NCBI GenBank assembly: GCA_930990515.1
Contig: CAKNPS010000003.1
Coordinates: 122,903-186,902 of the forward strand
From: an uncultured Clostridia bacterium
GTDB taxonomy: Bacteria; Bacillota; Clostridia; Christensenellales; UBA1242
Direction of reading: 5' to 3'
DNA: 64,000 nucleotides
Position numbers and translations under genes: made by a program. The notes under the pieces are model-generated. The model was not told the origin of the DNA. It did no database searches and was given only the letters and a program-made list of their open reading frames with translations. How positions within the stretch are numbered: position 1 is the first letter of the stretch; each line of letters begins with the position of its first letter. This document shows positions 28,550-38,118 of the stretch, in pieces.

Positions 28550-29986
28550 ATGCAAGCAATTATAAATGGTAAGTTTGTTGATGCAAGTGATAAATCAACA
28601 CTTGATATAATCAATCCTTACACACAAAAAGTGGTTAGCAAAGTGCCAAACTGCACACCAAAAGATGTCAATAAGGCGGTTGAATATGCTGTTAAGACCC
28701 AGAAAAAATGGGCAAAAGTTCCTGTTTATCAAAAAGTGGAAATTCTTAACAAATTTCTTGATTTAGTTGATGAAAATAGACAAGATATTGCTAAAACTCT
28801 AACTCTTGAAATGGGGAGACCAATAACACAATCTCTTGCTGAAGTTGACAATATTCGAATTGCCTTTTCTGCATTTTCTGAAAAAGCAAAGCATTTGTAT
28901 GGTAATGTTATTCCTGCGGGGACAGAAGCAGGACAAGACAACACCATTCAACTCACAGTCAGAGAACCTTTGGGAGTGATGGTGGCAATCATACCATTCA
29001 ATTTTCCACTTGATTTATTTGACCAAAAAGTTGCACCGGCAATTCTTGCTGGTAATACTGTCATTGTTAAGCCACCACATCAAAATCCAACTGCAATCAT
29101 CAAACTTGTTAAACTTATGCATGATGCTGGACTTCCAAATGGTGTTGTTCAAGTTTTGACAGGAGATGGTGCAAAAACCGGTGATGCTCTTGCAAAGCAT
29201 CCACAAGTCCATGGAATTTCATTCACAGGTTCTGTTCCAGTTGGGAAAAGTGTTTATATGAACGGTGCAACACATCTTGCTCACACAACTTTGGAACTTG
29301 GTGCAAATGATGCTTTCATTGTGCTTGATGATGCTGACCTTGACCTTGCAGCAGAAGAAATTGTTTGGGGAAGAATGTATAATGCTGGTCAAGTTTGTGT
29401 TGCAAGCAAGCGTTTTATTGTCGATAAAAAAGTTTTGAAAGAGTTTGAAGAAAAAGTTGTGGCAAGATTGCAAAAAGTTGTTGTTGGAAATCCACTTGAT
29501 AAGAAAACTTATGTTGGAACACTTGTAACAAAATTTGCTTGTGATAAAGTTGAAAAACAGGTTGCTAAAATTATTGAACAAGGTGGAAAACTTATTTATG
29601 GTGGCAAGAGAGACGGAGCAATTTATTATCCAACAGTAATTACAAACATTCCGAAAACTGCGGATGTTGCTATTGACGAAGAAGTTTTTGGACCTGTTGT
29701 TTCCATCATTCCTTGTGATGGGGTGGAAGAAGCAGTCGAAATTGCAAATCAAACAAGTTATGGACTCGGAAGTTGCGTTTTCACAAGAGATATGAATACT
29801 GCATTTAAAGTTGCAAGTGCTCTTGAAGCGGGTGGTTGTGTTATTAATGGTGCAAGTTTCCATAGAAGTTTTGAAATGCCTTTTGGTGGATACAAAATTT
29901 CAGGGATTGGCACTGAAGGTGTTATGAGCACATTTGACCAAGTGACCAAAACAAAAACAATAACATTGAAAAATATTTTAAAATAA
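28550..29986 (+). CDS. NAD(P)-dependent aldehyde dehydrogenase family protein
   Basis: ALDH signatures LELGANDAFIV and the catalytic Cys context GQVCVASKRF, plus EEVFGPV. 478 aa. Confidence 0.88.
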   Translation: MQAIINGKFVDASDKSTLDIINPYTQKVVSKVPNCTPKDVNKAVEYAVKTQKKWAKVPVYQKVEILNKFLDLVDENRQDIAKTLTLEMGRPITQSLAEVDNIRIAFSAFSEKAKHLYGNVIPAGTEAGQDNTIQLTVREPLGVMVAIIPFNFPLDLFDQKVAPAILAGNTVIVKPPHQNPTAIIKLVKLMHDAGLPNGVVQVLTGDGAKTGDALAKHPQVHGISFTGSVPVGKSVYMNGATHLAHTTLELGANDAFIVLDDADLDLAAEEIVWGRMYNAGQVCVASKRFIVDKKVLKEFEEKVVARLQKVVVGNPLDKKTYVGTLVTKFACDKVEKQVAKIIEQGGKLIYGGKRDGAIYYPTVITNIPKTADVAIDEEVFGPVVSIIPCDGVEEAVEIANQTSYGLGSCVFTRDMNTAFKVASALEAGGCVINGASFHRSFEMPFGGYKISGIGTEGVMSTFDQVTKTKTITLKNILK

Positions 29987-30091
29987 TTGAAAATTAATAT
30001 TTACTTTAAATTTTGTGATTTGTTATTAATTTAAAAGAGAATTGCACAAAACAAGAAATATAATCATATAAAAGTTTAGGAGTGTAAAAAA

Positions 30092-30436
30092 ATGAATAAT
30101 ATGTGGAAAAAGATTTTTATCTTACTTAGTGGATATGTGAATTTTATAGCCTTTGCTGTTGTTGGAGGAATTGTATGCTATAAAACTGAAGACGAAGAAT
30201 TGAAAAAAACTGTGAAACTAACATTAATTGTTTCTCTTATATTCCTTGGGCTTTTAGCAATTTTGGCAATATATAACTATATTGGTGGAATGTTCAATGG
30301 CTATATTTCTTCTGCTGCGTATGATGCATATTCTATTATGAAAAGTATAATTCTTATTGCAGAAATTGTTGTTTATGCAGTTTTGATTATTATGGAACTT
30401 GTTAAAGGTTTATCTAAAAAAGAAGAAAATAATTAA
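30092..30436 (+). CDS. Small membrane protein (114 aa, 3 TM)
   Basis: SD aggag; three hydrophobic helices; no family recognised. Confidence 0.55.
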   Translation: MNNMWKKIFILLSGYVNFIAFAVVGGIVCYKTEDEELKKTVKLTLIVSLIFLGLLAILAIYNYIGGMFNGYISSAAYDAYSIMKSIILIAEIVVYAVLIIMELVKGLSKKEENN

Positions 30437-30472
30437 TTATAAAGTTTTATATTGAATAATAATTAAAATAAT

Positions 30473-30505
30473 AAAAAAATCTGCTAAAAAATGCAGATTT
30501 TTTTA
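30473..30505. terminator. Bidirectional terminator between convergent genes
   Basis: aaaaatctgc / gcagattttt, with flanking A- and T-runs. Confidence 0.7.
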
Positions 30506-30580
30506 ATTTTTAATGAATTTTTTGTGCGATTTTATAATATTTTTAATTTTTTATGTGTTTTTTATTAATTTTTAATTAAT

Positions 30581-31192
30581 TTAAATTTTGTAATTTTCAA
30601 TAATTTTTGGTTTTCTTGTTGTATCAAGTTCGTAAAATTCATCACTTAATTCCATTAATTTATAGCGATTATGATTTGACCTTTCAAATTGTTCATGGAG
30701 TTCCTCGTTAGAAAATTTATAACCACCTTCTTTAACTCTTCGTTCCACTCTTTCAACATTTATTTGATTAAAAGTTGGAGATAAAAAGAAAGAAACAATT
30801 TTATAACCTCTTTGTTTAAACATTTCAACAAGTTCAAGTTTTGTTGTTTTTGCGATTGATGTTTCAAGCACAAGAGCATCATTTTTATTCATTATATCTT
30901 TTGAAAGTTTAAAGATAAATTGATTTGATTCTTCCAGTCTTTTTTCTCTTGGTTTAATCTCTTGAAAATACATTCTTGCAAAGACTTCCGCTCCAACATA
31001 GCGAATACCATTTAATTTTCCTTGTTTGTATAAACTTGCGATTAATGTTGATTTTCCGCTTCCGTTTGGACCAGCAAAAACATATAAAATTCCTTTTTTA
31101 CCTTTGATATTGACATTTTCGCTTAAAATTTTGTAAGTTTCAGAATATGGCAAAACTTCAAATCCTTTTAACCCTTCTCTTATTTCTTCCAT
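30581..31192 (-). CDS. Zeta-toxin/COG4185-like P-loop kinase (203 aa)
   Basis: Walker A in VFAGPNGSGKSTLIASL, in a small kinase of about 200 aa. I moved the start to MEEIREG (31192), which follows SD aagaggt and a TTGACA-17-TATACT promoter. The ORF-track start lies inside the -35 box. Confidence 0.6.
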   Translation of the reverse strand: MEEIREGLKGFEVLPYSETYKILSENVNIKGKKGILYVFAGPNGSGKSTLIASLYKQGKLNGIRYVGAEVFARMYFQEIKPREKRLEESNQFIFKLSKDIMNKNDALVLETSIAKTTKLELVEMFKQRGYKIVSFFLSPTFNQINVERVERRVKEGGYKFSNEELHEQFERSNHNRYKLMELSDEFYELDTTRKPKIIENYKI

Positions 31193-31322
31193 TTTATACC
31201 TCTTTTTTAGTATAACATAGGAAAATGTTGGTGTCAATATAAATTTTGTTTACTTTCATATTATTTTGCTTAAATTAGTTGATTAATTATCAATTTTTTG
31301 CTATTCTTTAAAAGAGGTTAAA

Positions 31323-31949
31323 ATGTTAAAAATAAACTTAGAAAAGTATTATCGTGTTATGCCATTTTCAATTGGAACGCATTGTACGAAAACTAAAGAT
31401 ATAGCAGAAAAAATTTTGAAAGAAGGCTTGAAAGAATATTGTAGCAGGGCATTGGAAGGCACATTATTTATGCATGGTGATTTTGTAAATGCTAAAGAAA
31501 ATGATTTAACCGCTTCTTTTTTAAATAATAATTTTATTATTGTTGTTGCTGTTCCTATGCAAATTGGTTTTGAAGCAAAACCAGATGGTGTTGTTGGCGG
31601 TGATACTATTACAAATGAGTTTTCGGCTTTATTTACAATCTCAAAATGGGTACCTAAAGTTTTTCCAGAATTTATTGCAAAAGATTGTGTTAGAGTTTTG
31701 CCCTCAAAATTTATTTTAGGATATTATGATAAAAATAATAATGAGTTTTTTGAAAATCCAAATTCTATGTATAAAAATTTGAATAAACAAGAAATTGAAA
31801 CAGAAATTAGACCGTATATTCAGTTTTTGAATGAAAATATGAGAAGTAAAAATGGAAAATATTCAGTTTTTATGCAATTAAACAAAGAATTAAATGGCAA
31901 TAAATATATAAAATGGAAAACTTCAAATACACCTGAGTTAGGGAAATAA
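31323..31949 (+). CDS. Hypothetical protein (208 aa)
   Basis: ORF with SD aagagg, divergent from the zeta-like kinase. No motif recognised. Confidence 0.5.
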   Translation: MLKINLEKYYRVMPFSIGTHCTKTKDIAEKILKEGLKEYCSRALEGTLFMHGDFVNAKENDLTASFLNNNFIIVVAVPMQIGFEAKPDGVVGGDTITNEFSALFTISKWVPKVFPEFIAKDCVRVLPSKFILGYYDKNNNEFFENPNSMYKNLNKQEIETEIRPYIQFLNENMRSKNGKYSVFMQLNKELNGNKYIKWKTSNTPELGK

Positions 31950-31962
31950 AAGGAGATTTTAT

Positions 31963-33849
31963 ATGTTCAAAGATAAAAAAGTTGTTTTGATAAATTTGGC
32001 TTTATTTTTTGTTACTTTAGCATTTGATATTTGTTTGTTAATGCTTGGCGAGCCATATATTTATAAGACAATTGCAAGTGTTTTGTTTGTTATTACTGGC
32101 ATTATAAATATGATTTTTGTTTGGAAAATGGAACAACGAAACAGAATTTTCAAATTTATTATGCTTACAGGTCTTGTTTTTGCTTGTCTAGGCGACATTG
32201 TTTTGATTGACTATTTTATTTATGGGGCAATATTGTTTGCAATTGGACATATTTTCTTTTTTGCATCTTATTGTCTTTTAGAAAAAATTTGTTGGAGAGA
32301 TTTATTTATTTCTATCGTAATTTTTGGAATTTCTCTTATTGTAATTTTAGTTCCACAAATTTTTGATTTTGGTTCAATGTTGCCAATTGTCATTGTTTAC
32401 GCACTAATTATTTCTTTTATGCTTGGAAAATCAATCTCTAATGTGTTTAAAAAGGAAAATCAGGGTGGAAATTTCCTTATTATGCTGGGAAGTTTATTCT
32501 TCTTCCTATCCGATTTAATGCTTCTTTTCAATGTTTTTGCCGATGTTTCTCGTGCATTTGATATTGCTTGTCTTTTACTTTACTATCCCGCTGAAATTAT
32601 TCTTGCAACTTCAATTTATTATGCTAATCTTAAAATTGAAGAAAAAATGCCTTTCTTTAAGAGAGTTTATTGCCGAGTTTTCCAAGTTTGCTTTAGACTT
32701 ATGATTCCATTTATGCCATATCGTCAACCAAAAATTTTGGAAGGAATGGATGAAATTGTTAAAGTTTTGAAAGAAAAAAATATCAAAAGTTTATTCCTTG
32801 CAACAGACAAACAAATTCGCGGACTCGGACTTACAAAGGAACTTGAAGACAAAGTGCAAGATGCTGGGATTAAACTTACTGTGTTTGATGAAGTTTTACC
32901 TAATCCTACAATAAGCATGGTAGAAAAGGCCCTTGTGGTTTATAATGAAAATGAATGTGAAGCATTGGTCGCTTTTGGCGGTGGTTCTGTTATGGATTTA
33001 GGAAAAGTTGTTCTTGCAAGAAAAGTTAAGCCTAAAAAGAGTGTTTCAAAAATGAAAGAACTTTTAAAGATTTGTCACAAGTTGCCACCACTTTTTGCTG
33101 TTCCAACAACTGCTGGGACAGGAAGTGAAACAACTCTTGCTGCAGTTATTACTGACGATAAAACTCACTATAAATATGCCATAAACGACTTTTCGCTTAT
33201 TCCACATTATGCAGTATTAGATTATAAGGTAACACTCAATCTTCCACCTTTTGTTACAGCAACAACTGGAATGGATGCTCTTACTCATGCAGTTGAAGCA
33301 TACATTGGAAGAAGCACAACAAAACTAACTCGCAAAATGGCGGAAGATGCTGTGAAACTTATTGTTTCAAATCTTAAAATTGCTTATGACGAGCCACATA
33401 ATGCTGAAGCACGACAAAATATGCTTAAGGCTTCCTATTATGCGGGAGTGGCATTCACAATCTCTTATGTTGGATATGTTCATGCCATCGCTCATTCGCT
33501 AGGTGGACAGTATGGTGTGGCTCATGGTTTTGCTAATGCTGTTATTTTGCCACATATGTTAAAAGTGTATGGGGAAAGTGTGTATAAAAAATTATCAAAA
33601 CTTGCAAAACTTTCTGGTGTGGCAAATAAAAATGATAGTGAGAAAGTTGCAAATGAAAAGTTTATTAAATTTATTGAAGATTTAAATAAGCATTTTGAAA
33701 TTCCAAAATATATTAAAGAACTTAAGGAAGAAGATTTTGAAATTCTTGCAACACACGCTGAAAATGAAGGAAATCCACTTTATCCAGTGCCAGTTTTAAT
33801 GGATAAAGAAGCACTAATAGATTGTTATAAATTATTGGAAAAGAAATAA
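31963..33849 (+). CDS. Fusion protein: N-terminal YhhN-family (lysoplasmalogenase-like) membrane domain and C-terminal iron-containing alcohol dehydrogenase
   Basis: Residues 1 to about 225 form about 8 TM helices with YhhN-type motifs (CLGDIVLI, AIGHIFFFASY, FFFLSDLMLLF). Residues from about 240 to 628 carry Fe-ADH blocks (AFGGGSVMDLGK, PTTAGTGSE, HAIAHSLGGQYGVAHG). It is a single uninterrupted ORF. Confidence 0.75.
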   Translation: MFKDKKVVLINLALFFVTLAFDICLLMLGEPYIYKTIASVLFVITGIINMIFVWKMEQRNRIFKFIMLTGLVFACLGDIVLIDYFIYGAILFAIGHIFFFASYCLLEKICWRDLFISIVIFGISLIVILVPQIFDFGSMLPIVIVYALIISFMLGKSISNVFKKENQGGNFLIMLGSLFFFLSDLMLLFNVFADVSRAFDIACLLLYYPAEIILATSIYYANLKIEEKMPFFKRVYCRVFQVCFRLMIPFMPYRQPKILEGMDEIVKVLKEKNIKSLFLATDKQIRGLGLTKELEDKVQDAGIKLTVFDEVLPNPTISMVEKALVVYNENECEALVAFGGGSVMDLGKVVLARKVKPKKSVSKMKELLKICHKLPPLFAVPTTAGTGSETTLAAVITDDKTHYKYAINDFSLIPHYAVLDYKVTLNLPPFVTATTGMDALTHAVEAYIGRSTTKLTRKMAEDAVKLIVSNLKIAYDEPHNAEARQNMLKASYYAGVAFTISYVGYVHAIAHSLGGQYGVAHGFANAVILPHMLKVYGESVYKKLSKLAKLSGVANKNDSEKVANEKFIKFIEDLNKHFEIPKYIKELKEEDFEILATHAENEGNPLYPVPVLMDKEALIDCYKLLEKK

Positions 33850-33868
33850 CAGGCATTGCCTGTTTTTT
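33848..33868 (+). terminator. Rho-independent terminator
   Basis: aacaggc att gcctgtt, followed by tttt. Confidence 0.7.
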
Positions 33869-33982
33869 ATATTTGCAAGATCATTACAAAAAATGTGTGT
33901 TTTTATTTTATTAATAAAATAAATTTTGTTTTTTATAGAGAATTTGCTTGTAAAAAAATTAAAAAATATATATAATAAAAAT

Positions 33983-36900
33983 ATGAAAAAGTTTATTATC
34001 ACATTTTTTTCAATATTATTAATTGCACTGACATCGGTCGGCGGAGGTTTATTATTGTCGGCTTGTGATAACTCTTCTTACTCAGAAAATATTGATAGTG
34101 GCTCTAGTGACTCCACAAATGAAGATGTGAACACTCCGAGTGATGAAACTCCTACTGATGATCCTAATGGCGAGAATGAAAACTTAGGGAGTGAAGAAAA
34201 TAATGATGAAAACCAAGACGACATTGAAGCACAAAGCGTAAATTTTTCAGTTAGAGTTCAAGCGTATTTGACTACTGGAGAAATTTTATCATACTCAACT
34301 CTTAATAGTAGGGGGATTTATGCTGGTCGCTTTTCTATATATTGGTATGAAGGTGATGGAAAATCTGGACATGGGGATGCAAAAACTTGGGGAAACACTC
34401 CAACAAAAACAGCGGCTTATGGATATTCCATAGGTGCTGGAAATTCAAATTCAACTTATGCAAATGGGCTCGCATATTTTTCATATTCTTATGGAATGGG
34501 TGTGCAACGATATGCAAGGCTCTATAGTTATACTAGTTCACGTTTTACTCGTTGGAGTGTGAGTACAAGTTCTTCATTTGAAAGTTCAAGGCAATCAACG
34601 GGAACGACTTCAACAACTTATCTTTATGGAAGGGGAATAACTTCAACCTCAAAACCAACTTCGTCAGTTGGAACAACTATGTCTGGGACATGGTATGTTA
34701 AGTATAGACAAAATATAACGATAAGTTATAATGCTAATGGCGGAAGTGGTGCTCCAAGTTCGACAACTGCCTATGCTGGAGTTGATGCTACATTGTCAAG
34801 TTCAACACCAACTCGTTCAGGATATATATTTAATGGGTGGCTTTTAAATGGATTACTATATGGCCCAGGAGATGAAATTCCTTATGAAACTTTAGAAGGG
34901 AGTACATCTTATACTGCTTATGCTCAATGGATTCCAAATGAATCATGGACAGATTCTGGAAATTATGCAACTTCGTTTGCTGATGGAAGTGGATCACAAG
35001 AAGACCCATATCGAATTTCAAATGAAAGAGAACTTGCAAGAGTCGCATATCTTGTCAACAGTTCATCATATAATTCTTCTTACGCTTCAGATTATTATCT
35101 TCAAACCACAAATCTTGATATGTCTGATTTTTATTGGGTTCCAATAGGAACATCTTCTTATTCATTTAAAGGTCACTATGATGGTGCAGGTTATACTGTT
35201 TCTGGATTATATACCAAATATAATGAAGATTATCAAGGACTTTTTGGATACATTGAAGGGACTTCGAGTAATCGAGTCGAGATAAAAAATATCGGGATAA
35301 CTAGTTCTCAAGTATTTGGATCTAACTATGTCGGCGGTGTTGTTGGATATGGAAAATATGTAGATATTGAGAATTGTTTTAATTCTGGAAATGTTTTAAA
35401 TACAAATTATAATGTAGGTGGTATTATTGGAGAAGCAAGTTATTATTCTGCTACCACAAATTGTTATAACATGGGACTAATAAGTGGAGATTTTAATGTA
35501 GGTGGTATTATAGGTTATAAAACTAAGTATTCAAATATGTATTATTGTTATAATGTAGGAAACATAATTGGTCGTTCAAATATAGGTGGAATATGTGGTG
35601 GCGTATATGGTAGCCATGGTGATGCCATAAAAAATTGCTTTAATGTTGGTAATGTTTTTGGTTATTCAGATGATTATATAGGTGGAGTTTTAGGTTACGA
35701 TGGTGGCGGTGGCATTAGTGGTGAAGTAGTAAAATGTTATTATGGTGGTGATTGTACTTTAAGTTATGGTATTGGAGGAATTAATGGTTCTGGTTCAAAT
35801 ACAGGAACAACAAGAATTTCAAGATTAAATTCAACAAGTTATGCAAAAAATAATAGTTGGTACACAAATTCTTCCAACTGGACAGGTGGAGCATGGGATT
35901 TTACTTATACATGGACAAGAAGTAGTTCAGTGAATGATGGTTATCCAACATTTAGGAAAATCACTGTAACATACTATTCAAATTTTGGAAACAACACCAC
36001 TTATAGTCAACAATATGTCGCAAGTTCAGTTAGTATTCTTTCATATATGCTTTCTTCAAGAACTGGATATACATTTTCACATTGGAACTCAAATTCAAGT
36101 GGAACTGGGACAACATATACAGTTGGGACAACATATAACCGTTCATCTAATTTGAGTTTGTATGCAATTTGGGATCCAAATGAATATACAAACAGATATC
36201 GCTATCGAATCACAAGTGGAACAGTTACAACATACTCTGACCAGACACGAACTTATGGGCAAAGTTTTACAACACTTTCAACATCGAACATACCAGAATA
36301 TGTTTCAAATGGTTGGAGTTTGTATGGTTGGGGAACAAGCTCATCAACAACGACAAGAAGTTATGGCGTAAGTACAAGTGTAACATCAACAACTTACACA
36401 AATAGCACATCAACTTTATATTGGTATGCGATTTCGTCAAGAACAATAACAATAAATTACAATGCAAATGGCGGATCAAATGCTCCGAGTGCAACAACAG
36501 GGACACAGCGGTGGAATCAATATGGGAATACATATAATATTTCTAGTCTATCAGTAACAAGCAGTGAGCCGACACGAACGGGATATACATTCTTAGGCTG
36601 GTCAACAAGTTCAACAGCGACAACTCCGACTTATGAAGCTGGAGATAGAATAAGTTTTACATATAGTTCTTCTAACAGCAGAACATTGTATGCAGTTTGG
36701 GAAGTAAATCAGTATCAATTTGATTCTTCTGTTTGGGTTGATGGGACAAAATATAGTTCTTCAAATAGTTATATAACTTTTGATGTGTTGGTAGATGGAA
36801 CAAGAGTTTCAACAGGAATAAGTGATTTTTATAAAATGGTAAATTATGGAAGTATTGTTGAATTTACAAACTTTAAAGTTGCCACTGGTTACACTTATTC

Positions 36901-38008
36901 TTCATATTACACAACTCCTACATCAATAGAAACTAGTGATAGTACAAAAAATGATATAAAGATAAATATGCAGGCAAAAACGACATATTTAAATATTGTT
37001 CTTACTGCGAATGTTTACACAATAACTCTTAATAAACAAAGTGGAAGTGGTGGAACAAGCACAATATATTTGAAATATAATACGGGTTGGTATTCAAATT
37101 CAGGTGCGACAACGAGCATATCAACAGTGGTACTTCCAACTAGAGCAGGATTTACATTCCAAGGGTATTACACGGGAACTAATGGCTCAGGCACGCAAGT
37201 TATAAATTCAAGTGGGCAAATAATTTCAGGAAGAACAACAATAACAACAAGTAATATTTCTTTGCATGCTTATTGGACTGCAAAAAATCCAGCAAGGTAT
37301 GATAGTGAAAAAGGCTATTGGTATGTTGAAATGGGATATTATCCACAAACTAGAGCAACTGAGACAGAGATAAATGGAATAACAAACACAAATGGAGCAG
37401 TATATACCATAAATGGCACTGATGTTACATCAAAAATAGGAGCAAATAACATTGAGTATTGCCAGTATAACGGAGTATGGTATAAGGTTGAGCCAGTGAG
37501 ATATGTGTTATCTGGAAATTATTCGTCAGGCTATGGAACAGAAAGTGGAAATGTTGTGGCTGTGACGGAACAAATTGTGTTTGCAAGTGCGTGGAGTAGC
37601 ACAAAACTAAGTTTAGGCGATGGCTATACATCATCAACACTAAGAACAAACATATCAGACTTTATAAGTGACACTCAAATGAATATAGATTATACTGGAG
37701 CAAGGTCATACACAATAAAGAACTTCAGAAATGTGAATGGAGCAAGTGCTGACACAACATTATCTGTAGATATAATTGCATCAAATGAAAGTGAAATTGA
37801 GAGTGTTTTTGGAGATTTAAGTGCCGAGTTTTCCGATTTAGTATCTGACATATTAGGAAATAATTTAATGTATTGGACACGAGATGTTGGTTCTAATTTA
37901 AACACTGCAGAATGTATCACAAGGTTAGGCTCGCCAGCACAACCAATAATGCAAAAATTATATGGCGTAAGACTTACTGCTAATGTTTCAATTTTTGGGT
38001 GTGTATAG
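33983..38008 (+). CDS. Very large surface lipoprotein with Listeria-Bacteroides (Flg_new) repeats and GLUG motifs
   Basis: I chose the start at MKKFIITFFSILLIALTSVGGGLLLSAC, a signal peptide with lipobox LSAC. It has several units of the type YNANGGSGAPS...TRSGYIFNGW and TRTGYTFLGWST. GLUG-like units include VGGVVGYGKYVDIENCFNSGNV and VGGIIGEASYY. No SD; a -10 box lies just upstream of the ATG. Confidence 0.8.
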   Translation: MKKFIITFFSILLIALTSVGGGLLLSACDNSSYSENIDSGSSDSTNEDVNTPSDETPTDDPNGENENLGSEENNDENQDDIEAQSVNFSVRVQAYLTTGEILSYSTLNSRGIYAGRFSIYWYEGDGKSGHGDAKTWGNTPTKTAAYGYSIGAGNSNSTYANGLAYFSYSYGMGVQRYARLYSYTSSRFTRWSVSTSSSFESSRQSTGTTSTTYLYGRGITSTSKPTSSVGTTMSGTWYVKYRQNITISYNANGGSGAPSSTTAYAGVDATLSSSTPTRSGYIFNGWLLNGLLYGPGDEIPYETLEGSTSYTAYAQWIPNESWTDSGNYATSFADGSGSQEDPYRISNERELARVAYLVNSSSYNSSYASDYYLQTTNLDMSDFYWVPIGTSSYSFKGHYDGAGYTVSGLYTKYNEDYQGLFGYIEGTSSNRVEIKNIGITSSQVFGSNYVGGVVGYGKYVDIENCFNSGNVLNTNYNVGGIIGEASYYSATTNCYNMGLISGDFNVGGIIGYKTKYSNMYYCYNVGNIIGRSNIGGICGGVYGSHGDAIKNCFNVGNVFGYSDDYIGGVLGYDGGGGISGEVVKCYYGGDCTLSYGIGGINGSGSNTGTTRISRLNSTSYAKNNSWYTNSSNWTGGAWDFTYTWTRSSSVNDGYPTFRKITVTYYSNFGNNTTYSQQYVASSVSILSYMLSSRTGYTFSHWNSNSSGTGTTYTVGTTYNRSSNLSLYAIWDPNEYTNRYRYRITSGTVTTYSDQTRTYGQSFTTLSTSNIPEYVSNGWSLYGWGTSSSTTTRSYGVSTSVTSTTYTNSTSTLYWYAISSRTITINYNANGGSNAPSATTGTQRWNQYGNTYNISSLSVTSSEPTRTGYTFLGWSTSSTATTPTYEAGDRISFTYSSSNSRTLYAVWEVNQYQFDSSVWVDGTKYSSSNSYITFDVLVDGTRVSTGISDFYKMVNYGSIVEFTNFKVATGYTYSSYYTTPTSIETSDSTKNDIKINMQAKTTYLNIVLTANVYTITLNKQSGSGGTSTIYLKYNTGWYSNSGATTSISTVVLPTRAGFTFQGYYTGTNGSGTQVINSSGQIISGRTTITTSNISLHAYWTAKNPARYDSEKGYWYVEMGYYPQTRATETEINGITNTNGAVYTINGTDVTSKIGANNIEYCQYNGVWYKVEPVRYVLSGNYSSGYGTESGNVVAVTEQIVFASAWSSTKLSLGDGYTSSTLRTNISDFISDTQMNIDYTGARSYTIKNFRNVNGASADTTLSVDIIASNESEIESVFGDLSAEFSDLVSDILGNNLMYWTRDVGSNLNTAECITRLGSPAQPIMQKLYGVRLTANVSIFGCV

Positions 38009-38035
38009 ATGATTATATTTTAGATAATAAAAAAA

Positions 38036-38066
38036 TAAAAAAGAGATTTGCATCTCTTTTTTTTGT
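38036..38066. terminator. Bidirectional terminator between convergent genes
   Basis: aagagat ttgc atctctt, flanked by an A-run and a T-run. Confidence 0.75.
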
Positions 38067-38118
38067 TGTATAGATAGGTTTTATAATTTTGATTTTGCTT
38101 TTTGTTTTCTATTAATTC

